Program-made: the position numbers and the translations under genes
Shown here: piece after piece, positions 1 to 12,272 of the stretch
Numbering within the stretch: the first letter of the stretch is position 1
Layout of the letters: each line of letters begins with the position of its first letter
The notes under the pieces: model-generated
Database searches by the model: none
Seen by the model: only the letters and a program-made list of their open reading frames with translations
What the model was told of the DNA's origin: nothing
Assembly: GCF_018977255.1 (NCBI RefSeq)
Contig: NW_024704742.1
Span: forward strand, 87,546,001 to 87,610,000
Source of the DNA: Callorhinchus milii
Lineage: Eukaryota
Length of the DNA: 64,000 nucleotides
Direction of reading: 5' to 3'

Positions 1-703
1 GACCATAACTGAAAGGCATATTTTTAGCAAGCCTACTCCAAGAGAGGCGAAATCTGCCGGAGACCAACCGCATGCAGTGTGACAAACAGACTTTAAAAAA
101 ATCTTTCTGAAACACAAGAGAATAGATTATTTCTCACCCGTCAGTTCAGCAAAGTCTGAACTCTTCTGTGGGTGGGGGGGGAGGGAGCAACGTAAACTGA
201 AGGTAGCCATGACCTGGCTTTAGTAGAACTCGTTTGTGTATTTACCCTTTCTGTCCCCCTCTATAGTTCACATCAGTACATGTGGCCACCTGATTACTGT
301 ACAACAGACCACCTCTTTATTTGTAAAGTAACATGCCCCTGAAGTCAAACAGTGAGCGATTTCAGCAGATTTCTGTTCATGGCAGCTTGCTGATACCCTT
401 AGGACTATCACCATCTTGGATCTTTTATTTTTATCCACTCGATGTTGTACTTCAGCGGAGATTGATAGTTAAAGTCTATTAAGACATGCAACATACCTCT
501 CTTGTCCCAGACTTCATAAGCTTCAAAGCAAGACTGCATCCTGTTTGTTTTTCGGTTCACAGGGATAACAATTACCACTATGCATTTGTGATCTTTAATG
601 TGAGATTCTATGCTGCTTTTTTTTTGAACTTTCTAAAATGAAACTGTTTCTTTTGGAAGGAAACTAGCAACTTGAATTTTTTTTTATATTTTCCCTCTTA
701 CAG

Positions 704-3364
704 AAAAAGGAGAGGCTTCCTTAAACGGTGAAGATGAAAAGGATCCGCAGTCTCCGTATTCTGTGGAAACCCCTTATGGCTACCAGATAGACCTTGATTT
801 TCTCAAGTATGTGGATGATATACAAAGGGGAAACACCATAAAGAAAGTGAACATTCAGAGAAAGCCCAAAGTGCCCAAAACACTGGCGACCACGAGAAAC
901 GCCGGAGGGCAGGTCAGTGGATGGACCTCGACTGAATCCCTATCCTCCTCCAACAGTGAGGACAACAAATTGTCACCATCTCTGTTTATTGGTGCACGGA
1001 GCCAGCCAGCTCCTCCAATAAGGGGCGGTGGGATTGAAGCTTCTCAGGCGTTTTTAACTGTTCAGGAGAATAAGCTGCTGCCACCGCCCTCACCGAGGCC
1101 ACCGATACACAACTTCCATGTCGAAAAGACGCTGATGGAAACACGCCGGAGGTTGGAACAGGAGCGACTGATCATGCAGTCCACGTCAGGGGACGCCCGG
1201 CGTCCGAGGTTTGCCAGTTTCGGAGGGATGGGCTCCACCAGCTCCTTGTCCTCGTTCACGGGCTCCACCGGCTTGAACCAGGTGTCCCCAAATTCCCAGC
1301 AAGTTCACAACGGCTTCCAGACCAACGGGGATTACAATCCGTACTTCACGTCATCGATGGGCAGCTCCATCCGTCACAGCCCCTTGAGCTCGGGGCTCAC
1401 CACCCCGGTCACCAACGTCACCCCCACGCACCTGCAGCACATCAGGGAGCAAATGGTGGTGGCACTGCGTCGCCTCAAAGAGCTGGAGGAGCAAGTGAAA
1501 GCCATTCCCATTCTGCAGGTGAAAATCTCAGTGTTACAAGAGGAAAAGAGGCAACTGGCATCGCAGCTGAAGAGCCACAAGCTTTCGAGTCAGAACGTGG
1601 CTCCCGGCTTCCGGAAGCGGTCCTACAGCGCGGGCAACGCGGATCAGCTGGAGCCGCTGCGGGGGGAGCTGCACATCGATTCCGAGGACGAAATGGAAAG
1701 CTTGGAGCAGAGTTCGCTGCGGATGGAAGAGTTCAGGCAGCTCACGGCAGAGGTGCAGGCTCTCGAGAGAAAGATACAGGACAATGGCAATGAAAAGCCA
1801 GGCGGGGTTGAGCCCTGCGTAAAACATCTGGCGAAGGCGAGAGAGTTCAGGTCTGTGGCTGTGAGCACAGATGTAAACATGAATGACTTTGTGATTTACC
1901 ACCGGTCTGCGAGATCCTTCAAAGATGTAGCAGTGGGGACGGTGAGTGAGCAGAGAGATGTCAGTGTGGGGGTGACGGAGGCGCTGTTAGGTGTCTCCAC
2001 GGAGGCGGATCAGGAGATTGAGCTGCAGCAGCAGACCATCGATGCTCTGAAGGATAAAGTTTACAGGCTCGAGGCGCAGGTCAAAGAAACTATGCATCAA
2101 GCGGAGATGAGCAAGTTGAAGTTTGAGCTGCAGGCTGCCGGTTCCTGGAAGAAGGCGGACAAGTGTGCGACAGCGAGACCGGCAGTATGCAGTGTGTCGG
2201 TGCAGGCAGCAGTGCAGACCAAAAGCCAAATGGTAGGTGATCACGTGGAGTATGCAGACGCCTGTGTAGGAATCCAGCAAGAGACGCGTAGCGTTGGAGT
2301 CACATGCAAGCCCGATCTCTGTGACGTGGCTGTGGGGCCGGCCATCCCCATGGACTGCTGGGTTGTGCATGAGAAAGTGGAAGTGCAAGAGAAGAATGTA
2401 GGCGGGCACGTTGTAATGTGCGATAAGACTGTGACCTGTGGAGTGAACGTGTGCTTCTCAGACATGGGTGTGAACACCGATGAGACTGTGGAGGATCCAG
2501 ACATTTCCGGGGGGCCACACAGCGCTCCGCGGGCCAAGGACGTCCAGTCCGTAGGCTGCGGGGACTGTTTGGTGGATGTGGTGGTTTTCCCAGCAAAAGA
2601 ACTGGCGTCCTCCAGCACGAACACTGTGGCGGTTAGCACGGCTGAGTTGGCTGTCATGGCAGCACCACAAACCACCACCCAACAAACGCACACACAAATA
2701 GATACGTCCTGCAAGTTCACAAACACTGAACAGGTGGCCCACATGGAGTCCAGCACCAACACCCTCGCGAGCAGTTGCGATAAAGAGACCAGCACAGCCA
2801 TCATTGAAATGCGGACGGTGGCTGTGGGCGATGGTAGAGTGAAAGATGTCAGCACAGCGCTGAAAACCCGCTCTGTTGGAGTTGGCACAACAGCCACCAG
2901 TGATATTGATTTGGAAAAATCCTCAGTTAAGACCAAAGACTCTGGGATCGGACAGATCAACGTTAACGAGAGCTATTTGGTCGGTCTGAAAACGAGACAC
3001 ATTGGCTGTGGCACGGTTAGTCCAACCCTTGCAAACGGCAACACAAAAAGCGTCGGCGTAGGCGACGAGCCTGCGTGCGTGGCAGAAGGGGGCCAGCCGG
3101 CTGTTCAGGACCCGGCACCACAGTTGCACCATTACATTGAGCTTGTGCAAAAGCTGCTGCAGGAACAGCAGACGCTGCTGGCGGAAAATTACACTGAACT
3201 GGCTGATGCCTTCGGAGAGCCTGGCTCCCACATTGGCTCTCTCAATTGCCAGCTTATCAACACCCTGTCTTCTATTAGCTCGGCCATGAAGTACGGGAGC
3301 ACCGAGGAAATTAGGAGCGGTGACGCTGTGGACCTCCGTCCGGACAGCGCAGAGATTGACACAG
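704..3364 (+). CDS. KANK1: KANK1 large internal coding exon (KN motif, coiled coils, long disordered linker)
   Basis: Acceptor ttccctcttacag|704 and donor acag|gttagc at 3364; 2661 bp, phase 1/1. Encodes the KN motif [24 protein letters not shown], the coiled coil [42 protein letters not shown] and RKRSYS. The GTG at 763 in the ORF track is not the real start. Confidence 0.96.
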
Positions 3365-3730
3365 GTTAGCTGCAAGTCTACAACCCTTTCCATGTAGAAG
3401 TTGCTCAGTTTTGTTCCCTACTCTGGCTGTGACATTTTTAAATGATAATTTTACATTTACGTACCACCTTTCCTGTCGGGAAGCAGTCAAAACACTCTGC
3501 ACAGAACTGTCTGGGAGCCTGAGCTGGGGGAGTGGGAGAGTAGGGAAGATGACCAAAAGCATGGTTGTAATCCTACGGTGGGCTTTAAAGATGGGGAGGG
3601 AATGGGCGAGGCGAAGGTATGGAGTTCCAGAGAGCGGAGGCTGAATGGCTGAAAGCTCACCCATTGACGGTGGGGTGTACGGGGGACGTGCAGCATCCTT
3701 TATAGGGAGAGGAAATGCATCACAAAGCTG

Positions 3731-4048
3731 TAATAATAATTATCTGTGCATTTGGTAAAGCGCCTTATCACGTCTTCAAGACTTCTCAAAGCGTTTCACA
3801 GAATATACTGTAAAGTGAATTGACTGTATATTTTGTGGGTGAAATGCGGCAGCTAATTGCACACCGCAGTGTCCCACAAACAGTCGTGGATTGAGTGAAC
3901 AGATTATTATTATTTTTGGGGAGGATTATTACCCCTAAAAAGCAATCTGCCAATTAACTAACAAGTGGGTTCTTACCTTACAGTTTGGTAAACAGAGATA
4001 TGTGGAGTAAGGAAACTTGCCTAAGGTTTCGCCCTGCCTGGGAATCCA
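3731..4048 (-). mobile_element. Same SINE, long subfamily
   Basis: Tail, core, extra ~70-bp segment and partial head. Confidence 0.8.
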
Positions 4049-4109
4049 CATGACTATAGAGTATGTGGGGACATCTGTGCTGTTAGCTGATCAGTCAGGG
4101 TAAAAGGGG

Positions 4110-4420
4110 AAATCATAGAATTATACAGCACAGAAGGAGGCCATTGAGCCCATCGTGTCTGTGCCAGCTCTTTGAAAAAAGCTATCCGAATCAATCCACT
4201 CCTCCGCTCTCTCCCCATAGCCCTGCAAACTTGTTCTCCCCAAATAATTATCTACTTCTCTCTTAAAAGTTGTTATCGAGTCGGCTTCCACCGCCCTTTC
4301 AGGCAAGGTATTCCAGATCCAAACAACTCACTGTGTGAAAAAAATTCTCCTCACCTTCCCTCTGTTTCTTTTAACAGCTATTTTATATCAGTGTCCTTGG
4401 ATAACCGACCCACCCGCCAG
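4110..4420 (-). mobile_element. CR1 3' fragment
   Basis: Minus ORF PERAVEADSITTFKREVDNYL...LQGYGERA and reverse-complemented CR1 tail (catagaat...cacagaaggaggccatt). Confidence 0.8.
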
Positions 4421-5344
4421 TAATAGTTCCCTCAAGCACCACAACTAATCTCTAATGACACTCCTGGGAAGGGCATGTGTATGAATTATAGACCGAGGAC
4501 AAGATTGGGATTGGGCTCTGTTCTGACTTCTTTGAAAGTGCCATAATATGTTAGGATTTCCAAATTTTGGAAAAAGCTGTAATATTTAATTAGCCTACAA
4601 ATTACACAGTTGCTACACTTTATAATTAATTCCGTGAAGCATTTTGAGACTTCCTCCCGACATGAAAAGCACCGAATCAAATACAAGTATGATTATTTTG
4701 ATAATAAATGACTGTAAAGCTATTGGAGGCATTTTGACATGATGGGCGCTGTAACAGATGTAAGGATCATTATTGTATTCAGAGCCATTACACAGGCGAA
4801 CGGTAATTGGATTTATTGACGCTTGAAAGATTCTAATTTGCTGTACAGCGTAGCTAGTAAGGCGGGTGCTAATCCTTTCGTTGCATAAACCATCCTCAGA
4901 AGGTGGACATCAAGTTTAATTAAACTTGTAGAATATTGTTCGTTTTATTTGGCCGCTGTGGTTCAAAATTGCATCTGTCTGTGTCTTTTTTTCTCCCTCT
5001 ATTTTACCCTTTCTTTATCTCCCCATCTAACTATGCCAGCTCATCACTAACCTGAACTGTTTGTTCTGTGTACTTCACTGCCACAGTCTGTTCCACTCCA
5101 TAAACAGCCTGCCCAGCAGGCTTGCTTTGAGCATGACTGCTTTTCATAGTCTCCCTCCTCCGCTGCTTTCCTTCTCCCGTTTCTGAAATTGAATGTTGTG
5201 TCTCACAATTAACAAAACAGCTCTCGACCCAACCAAAAAATGAACATGAGCTTCTTTGAGATCAGATCACTCTTATTTATAAGAACAAGAGGAAAAGTTG
5301 TTTTTTTAGTTCGATTGGTCTGTTCTTTTTCATAATTCATTTGT

Positions 5345-5734
5345 ATTCTGGCTCCGGTCTGCTCCACGTCCCCCGCCCCAACCGCCCTACTATCGGTGGT
5401 CGGGCCTTCAGCCTCTCAGCCCCGAGGCTCTGGAACTCCATCCCCCAGTGCCTTCGCCTTGCTTCCTCCCTTTCCTCCTTCAAGGCCGGTCTCAAAACCT
5501 TTCTCTTTGACCGTGCCTTCAGCTCCCCTCTCGACTCTCTTCCTCCTCCTCGCTCCCTCCCTTCCCTCCCCTCACCCTGACCATTTCCCCCTCCTCTCTC
5601 CCTCCCTTCCCTCCCCTCACCCTGACCATTTCCCCCCTGCTCGGGTCATGACCCAACTGTGCAGCGCCTTGGGACGTCCTCCTGACGTGAAAGGCGCTCT
5701 ATAAATGGAATCTTGTTGTTGTTGTTGTTGTTGT
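5345..5734 (+). mobile_element. 5'-truncated L2 3' end
   Basis: GGRAFSLSAPRLWNSIP...SFKAGLKTFLF and (TTG)n tail; nearly identical to 40460-40725; contains a local ~40-bp duplication. Confidence 0.85.
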
Positions 5735-6026
5735 ATTCAACCCACTGTAAATTGATTTGCCTTTACAATCGATATGCTTTATAATAATCCTGTGAAATTC
5801 TGTGAAGCGCTTTGGGGCTTTTCAAGGAGCATATGGAGCTATATCAAATACAAGGATTATTAATTTTCTAATTAGATTCAGTTTGTTTATTAAAAGCTAT
5901 AAGTTAATCAAAATCAATTGTGATAACCTTTGGACCTACAAGAACTCTGTAGTTTTATTTCCACATTCTGTTTTTTTTGAGGTAGTACGGAGCTGGGTGT
6001 CTTGAGCTGTCTATTTCCACCACCTC

Positions 6027-7162
6027 TCATTTATATTGTATCGGTCAGAAGGTTTGTGAGTTTTAGCCACACAACAGTGTTTAAACTCACGATCCAGGCT
6101 GAACTTCAGTACTTAGGGAGCTCTGCATTGACCGAGGTGGTGCTCTTCAACTGAGACGTTAAACCAAGATCTTGTTTCCCCTACGCTGCTGGTTCAGATG
6201 GATAATACAAATTTCCATGCCTCTGTTTTCAAGAAGAGGAGGGATTCCTCCCAAAGTCTTCACCAATATTGTTCCCTTTTCTAAAATTTAACCTAAAAGC
6301 AGATTACCTGGATCCTAATGCTGTTGCTGTAGATTTGCTACCATTCCTTATGTCAAAGTAACTACAGAAATGTAACATTTCGATCTGGTGAGATCCTACA
6401 TTAAATGCAAGTCTTGTTCTTAATCTTCATTTATATTGTATCGGTCAGAAGGTTTGTGAGTTTTAGCCACACAACAGTGTTTAAACTCACGATCCAGGCT
6501 GAACTTCAGTAATAATAATAATAATAATAATAATAATCCTTGCATTTGATATAGCGCTTTTCACGTCGGAAGGACGTCCCAAAGCGCTTCACAGAACACA
6601 CTGTAAAGTGAATTGACTGTAAATTTGTGGGCGAACGCGGCAGCCAATTGCGCACAGCAATGTCCACAAACAGTCGTAGATTAAAAATGCCAATTTTTTA
6701 TTATTGTTTTTGGTTTTGGAGGATTATTATTAGGTGTGTGGAGTAAGGAAACTTGCCCAAGGTTTCGCCCTGCCTGGAATTGAACTCAGGTCTCTCACTT
6801 GCAAAGCGAGTGCTCTAACCACTGAGCTACAGGACTCCACAAAGTACTGAGGGAGCTTTGCATTGACCGAGGTGGTGCTCTTCAACTGAGACGTTAAACC
6901 AAGATCTTGTTTCTCCCTACGCTGCTGGTTCAGATGGATAATACAAATTTCCATGCCTCTGTTTTCAAGAAGAGGAGGGATTCCTCCCAAAGTCTTCACC
7001 AATATTGTTCCCTTTTCTAAAATTTAACCTAAAAGCAGATTACCTGGATCCTAATGCTGTTGCTGCAGATTTGCTACCATTCCTTATGTCAAAGTAACTA
7101 CAAAAATGTAACATTTCGATCTGGTGAGATCCTACATTAAATGCAAGTCTAGTTCTTAATCT
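6027..7162 (+). repeat. 400-bp tandem duplication; second copy interrupted by a SINE
   Basis: tcatttatattgtatcggtcagaagg at 6027 and 6427; the copies are nearly identical through ...aatgcaagtct(t/a)gttcttaatct. Confidence 0.93.
6512..6842 (-). mobile_element. tRNA-derived Deu-domain SINE, short subfamily
   Basis: Minus-strand A box TAGCTCAGTGG, B box GTTCAATTCC, core ctgtttgtgg..attgctgtgcgcaattggctgccgcg, (TTA)n tail; AGTA target-site duplication. Confidence 0.88.
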
Positions 7163-7225
7163 TCCTCTGATCGTTCATTGATGGATTTCCTTCTTGTTCT
7201 GACCATGGAGTTTGAACCAAAGTAG

Positions 7226-7520
7226 TATAATAATAATCATAATATAATAATCCTTGCATTTGATATAGGACCTTATCATGTCTTTGAGATGTCTCAAAGG
7301 ATTTCACAGAATATACTGTAAAATGAATTGACTGTATATTTTGTGAGCAAAACGTGGCAGCCCATTTCAAACAGCAGTGTCCCACAAACAATCATGGATT
7401 GAGTGACCCATTTAGTATTTTTTTAAAAAGAAATTGGGGGGGACGGATTATTACCCCAGAAAGCGGACTGCCAATCGACTAACAACAGGTTCCTACTTAC
7501 TGCTCGTAAACAGGCATAGC
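7226..7520 (-). mobile_element. Same SINE, long subfamily, 5'-truncated
   Basis: Tail, core and extra segment. Confidence 0.75.
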
Positions 7521-10029
7521 AGGAACAGAGCATGTTGAGGATCTGTACTGTTCCACTTAGCTTCATGCTTAGCAAGCCATACAGCGTTCTGACCTTTTTA
7601 CGATTGCAGTTTTGACAATTAGCTTCTTTCACAAAAGGCGGACGTCTCCTGGCGCTTTACACGCATTTACCGTATTTGTGACAGTGCTGCTTGGAGAGGG
7701 GTCTAGCGGAACTCCGCTAATGTAGTTCACTAAACGCTTCCGTCACCCCCGCTCCCGTCTCCAGTGTCTGCGAGAAGTGGTGACATGTTAAATTGAAGCC
7801 ACATACTTAGTTTATGCTAACCTTGCATTCCTTATGGGAAGATGTATGATGGGATCTGACAGGCTAAGTGCACTCTGTGACCTGGAAGAGGGCATCAGTG
7901 TCGGGCACATTCATTGTCGATTACGTCACTGTGTTACTGCCACGGGTTCAATGCTTCACACTGTGATGGTTGGTCATTAACGAAACAGCATGAATCAAAA
8001 CTAATGAAATGTACTCTTTGCTGTTTGTAAAAGTTTTATTTTTTGAGTTGCCAGTTATTTCCTCAGTGGCACTTAAAACTGCATTGGCCTGTAGTTCTCT
8101 CTTCGTGTTGACATGAAATGTACAGAGAACCCAAGAGATCTCGCTGGCTTTAAACCCAAAAAGTTATTATTTTACGGTGTTGTTAGACTGGTAAATTATT
8201 AGTATGTATTTTAGGCTCGATTATTACAAGGAGCGAGGGTAATTTAGTGCTGTGAGCCAATAGCCCCTTGCCCACACACCACTGTCGCGTCCTCACTCCT
8301 TGCTGATTGCTCGCTGACTCCTTACCAGTAATGACAATTAGAAGAAATAAAACCTGAGATCCTTGTGCAGCTTGTATGGCTAGCCAGTAACTTAATGTGT
8401 TTGTTTCTACATGTGAGTAATTCCAGGAAATATTTTTCTTGGAGTCAGACCCAGCCTGGCTAGATGAAAATGTATCCCCAGTCATTGTTTTGGTTGGAGT
8501 TGACTGAGGTTACTGGCAATGATCATCCCAGGCGACCTAGTATAAACAGGAAGTTTTGCTTGTTTCAAGGTACTGAAATGGTTCTCTACCTTGTCATCAT
8601 CTGAACTATTGCGTTAAATGTGGTATTATTCAGGGCTGTGTCCACAATACATTCAGTGAACATGAGTAATATGTTTACTGTTCCTCTTTGCTTACATATT
8701 GCTTCCCATTTATCTCCTAGTGGAGTAAGCAGAGCAGGCATCAGAAATTGAGTGGTCCAATCGTGTCCATATTAGGCCTCCAGTTTTGTCAGGGTTATTA
8801 TTTCAGTAATTCGTTCCCAACCACAACATAAAATTTGTTTTCTCGGAGGAGACTGAGAGAGACTGGCTCGGCTGTTCAGGACTGATGACGTTTTCTTTGT
8901 GGTACGCTTTAAAAAATTATAAATAGAGACATTATACTTAGCATTGCACCCGTTTACATTTAAAACAACGACCTGATCATTGCTTCATTATTATCAATTT
9001 GTAATTCCTGTTGTAGCTAAGATGAAGACCGACATGCCTACTCATGAAAAAAAATTGTTTCCCATTCAGCTAAAATAGATAAATGTACTTAAATTTTTAT
9101 TTTATAATAATAAATAATAATCCTTGCGTTTGATATAGCGCTTTTCACGTCTTCTAGATGTCTCAAAGTGCATCACAGATATACTGTAAAGTGAATTGAC
9201 TGAAACGCCCATAGACTTTTAATCATCTGAAATGAGGGTGGGGAAGCTTTCAAAAGTTGTCAACTTTGGGAGATGCAGAGTCGAGAACCTTGATGTTCCT
9301 CTGAGAGGAATTTTGTTATTCTTTTTGAACTGTGTGTAAAACACTTCAGCAAAGCCTCAAAATGCAGACAGCTTTTTGTCCACTTGATCCATACACGGTA
9401 ACATGTGTGTTTATATGTAGATATTCTAAAAGGATTTTGGACAGGGTTTTTGAAGCTTTCTGATTGATATGGGCCTGTTGTCTAGCTGGTGGAATGTAGA
9501 GTGACTATCAGATCATAGTTGTGGATATGGGCTGGAATGCAGGAATCAAGAAGATTACATCGGTGGAATGGAGCGAATTGTGGAGGGAATGTACAGAGCT
9601 AACCTAATGGATTATCGTGTTTCTTTCCAAACTGTAAAATACCTCCAGAAGGTGCCCTTACAAACATTTCTTGTGTCAAAACTGCGTCAAGCTGCATCTT
9701 GAATTTGCTGATACTGTTCATCATTGCTGTCTCTGGGCAGTCTGCTGCACATATTTATCACCCACTGATGTCGAAAAGGCAGAGATTTTAAGGAATTAAT
9801 AGTGTGTTCTGTGCTTAATGTTAATCCCTCTGGCTGTGCATCCTAATATCTTGATTGCTTTCTTTAATGGTACTGCAACCATAATTTTCCCCATTCCTAG
9901 TCTCAGCACTCCACATTTATCTACTTTTGGTGACATCTGTCACGAGTCCACACAGTCTATCCAGATTCCTTTGTGTAGTCCACCTCGTTAAGATGACCGG
10001 TGTCCCAAAGTAAGGAGATGCAGTATAAT

Positions 10030-10510
10030 TTATATTTATATAGCACCTTTCACATTGAGAAGATGTCTCAAAATTGACACTGCAGGCTGGGTACCTGAGG
10101 TGAGTGGAGAGGAGAAAGATGACCAAAAGTGTGATCAAAGAGGTCTCCTTGCGGGCTTTGAACGAGGGGAGGGAGCGAGAGAGTCCAAGGGCCTCTGGAT
10201 GAAATTCCAGAGAGTGGGGACGGTGTCTAAAAGCCTGCCCACCAACAGTGGACCAGATAGGGTAGGAGACATGAAGCAGGCAAGTGGGCACTGAGCAAAG
10301 GGAGTGTCTGAGTAGGTAGTGTTGGAGGAGGTTTAGGAGGTAGGGTGGGGTGAGGTTATGGAGAGATTTAAAGGTAAGAAGTAGATTCCTGAATTTGATC
10401 CGCTGTGGAATGGGGAGCCAGTGGAGCCGAGCGAGATGCGGGTGACAGACTCTTGGAATCTGATGTGAGAGAGGACACAGGTTGCAGAGTTCTGGATAGT
10501 CTGTAGCTTG
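10030..10510 (-). mobile_element. L2 3' fragment
   Basis: Reverse complement of the L2 ORF2 C-terminus and tail. Confidence 0.65.
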
Positions 10511-10639
10511 AGATCAAGGAATTGTAATGTTCAAATATATAAATACTTCCCTAATGGTTCAGGTATCAAAGTCACTGCCCAGTGTGAAATAGGGGGGTAT
10601 ACAAATCCAGAAAGTCCCAGTCCCTATTCATTCATTTTA

Positions 10640-11230
10640 TGGCTGTTCATGAGATCACAAGATTGGTCTGGATGAAGAAGGCCCTTCGCCCATCCGACCT
10701 CTTCCCTCCAAAACAACCCCCAGAATTACAAAATCATGCTGTTTTTTAAATGAGTCCTGTGTCCTGGCCGTTACCACCTTTCCTGGCAACTTATTCCAGT
10801 CATTGATTACCCTCTGTGTAAAGAAAAACTGATGTCTGTCCTGAAATTGCCCTTAACAACTTTAAACCTGTTCTCTTGTTCTACAGCCTTGATGCATCCT
10901 AAAGTATTGTTCTGGGTTTATTTTTGCAATCTTATTTAAAAATTTCCACACCGGTATGAGGTCCCCTCTGAGCTGTCTTCTTTCAAAACTGAAGCTTGTC
11001 TAGTTGTTACTCTAACACTGAGGATCACCATCATTGCTCTCCTTTGCACAGCCTCAAGGGCCTGGACAGCTCTCTTATATCACGGTGTATGTATGCAATA
11101 TTCAAAGTGCGGTCTGACCAGAGCATTGTACAGCATTGTATGACGTCTGGGGATTTTAAACTCAACTGATTAGCAAATATCCTGTTTGCTTTATTTATTG
11201 CTGCCTCACATTGTTTTGGCATAGTAAGTG
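10640..11230 (-). mobile_element. Old CR1 3' fragment
   Basis: Minus-strand KQCEAAINKANRI..., and ttctttacacagagggtaatcaatgactgg typical of the CR1 ORF2 end. Confidence 0.6.
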
Positions 11231-12080
11231 ATGAGCTGGACCAATAGAAAAGGTGGGGAGATATTTTCCAGAAATTGCAGGGCATTTGACAAATTTTGCG
11301 AGAGGTTTGGTGAACCTTGCAGAAAATTGCGGGGGTTGGTTGGTGCTTTTGAGAGACGCATTTTGTGAAACAACAGATTAAAACTATGGGCATATATTTC
11401 CTGAACATGTAGTTATGTTTAAAATGCTAAAAATGTTAATTTTTAATGGTACAGCACTTACCAAGAATTTGTTGCAGGAGTTCAGTTGCCTCGGGCGAAG
11501 CTGATTTCCCACTCATACCGCTTCCGCGATCCCAACACTCCCCGCGCTGCACATGCACAACAAGAGCCGCTCTGCTCACAGTAGCAGCAGCACTTTTGTA
11601 GCGGATTCCACGGAAAACGTGCATTTGCACTTTTCTGTTGGTCCAGGCAATGAGTCAATTAATATCCCTAGATCTCTTTCAGCTTCCTCCTTGGCAAGTT
11701 CATGAAGTACTTGAGTTTTCTATTCTGGGATCCTCTATGTATTTACCAGTATTAAACTTTAGTTTGTGGAACATTATTGTGCGCAAATTGGCTGGCACTT
11801 TTGCTTACAAAATACAGTCACTATACTTTACACTAAATCCTACAACGTGCTTTAAGGCATTCTCCTGATGTGAAAGACACTATTATCAAATGCAAGTATT
11901 ATTATTAATATTATTGAATGGAAGCAAGGAAGAGCATTTTTGCCATGAACAACAGCATAAGCTTAACTAAAACTACTAAAAGCGTAAGTATTTTTAGAAC
12001 ACAAGCTACATGTCCAATGGGTACTATAGTTGCTCACCTACTGCTCTTTAATGCTGGTTTCATCATTGTCCATCCAACAG

Positions 12081-12272
12081 GTATAAGTTGTGAGCATAGT
12101 TTGTCTACTAAAAGTACCAGTCTTGTGACCACATCTCAGTCAGCAATTGCCACCCGAGTCGAACAGGTTACAACGGTAACAACTATCGAATCTTGTGAGA
12201 CTTTACTACAACAAGACAATTTAACTCCTCAGACTGATTCACCAAGTCAACCAGCGACATCTACCATTTGTG
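12081..12272 (+). CDS. KANK1: KANK1 coding exon (poorly conserved S/T-rich linker)
   Basis: catccaacag|gtataagt ... atttgtg|gtacgt; 192 bp, open, phase 1/1, fitting both neighbours. Peptide GISCEHSLSTKSTSLVTTSQ...PATSTIC; sequence conservation is weak. Confidence 0.7.

Noticed and set aside
1062..3393. Multiple minus-strand ORFs
   Set aside because: Antisense shadows of the GC-rich KANK1 exon.
7830..7840. CArG box (ccttatggg)
   Set aside because: Only four A/T between CC and GG; the consensus needs six.
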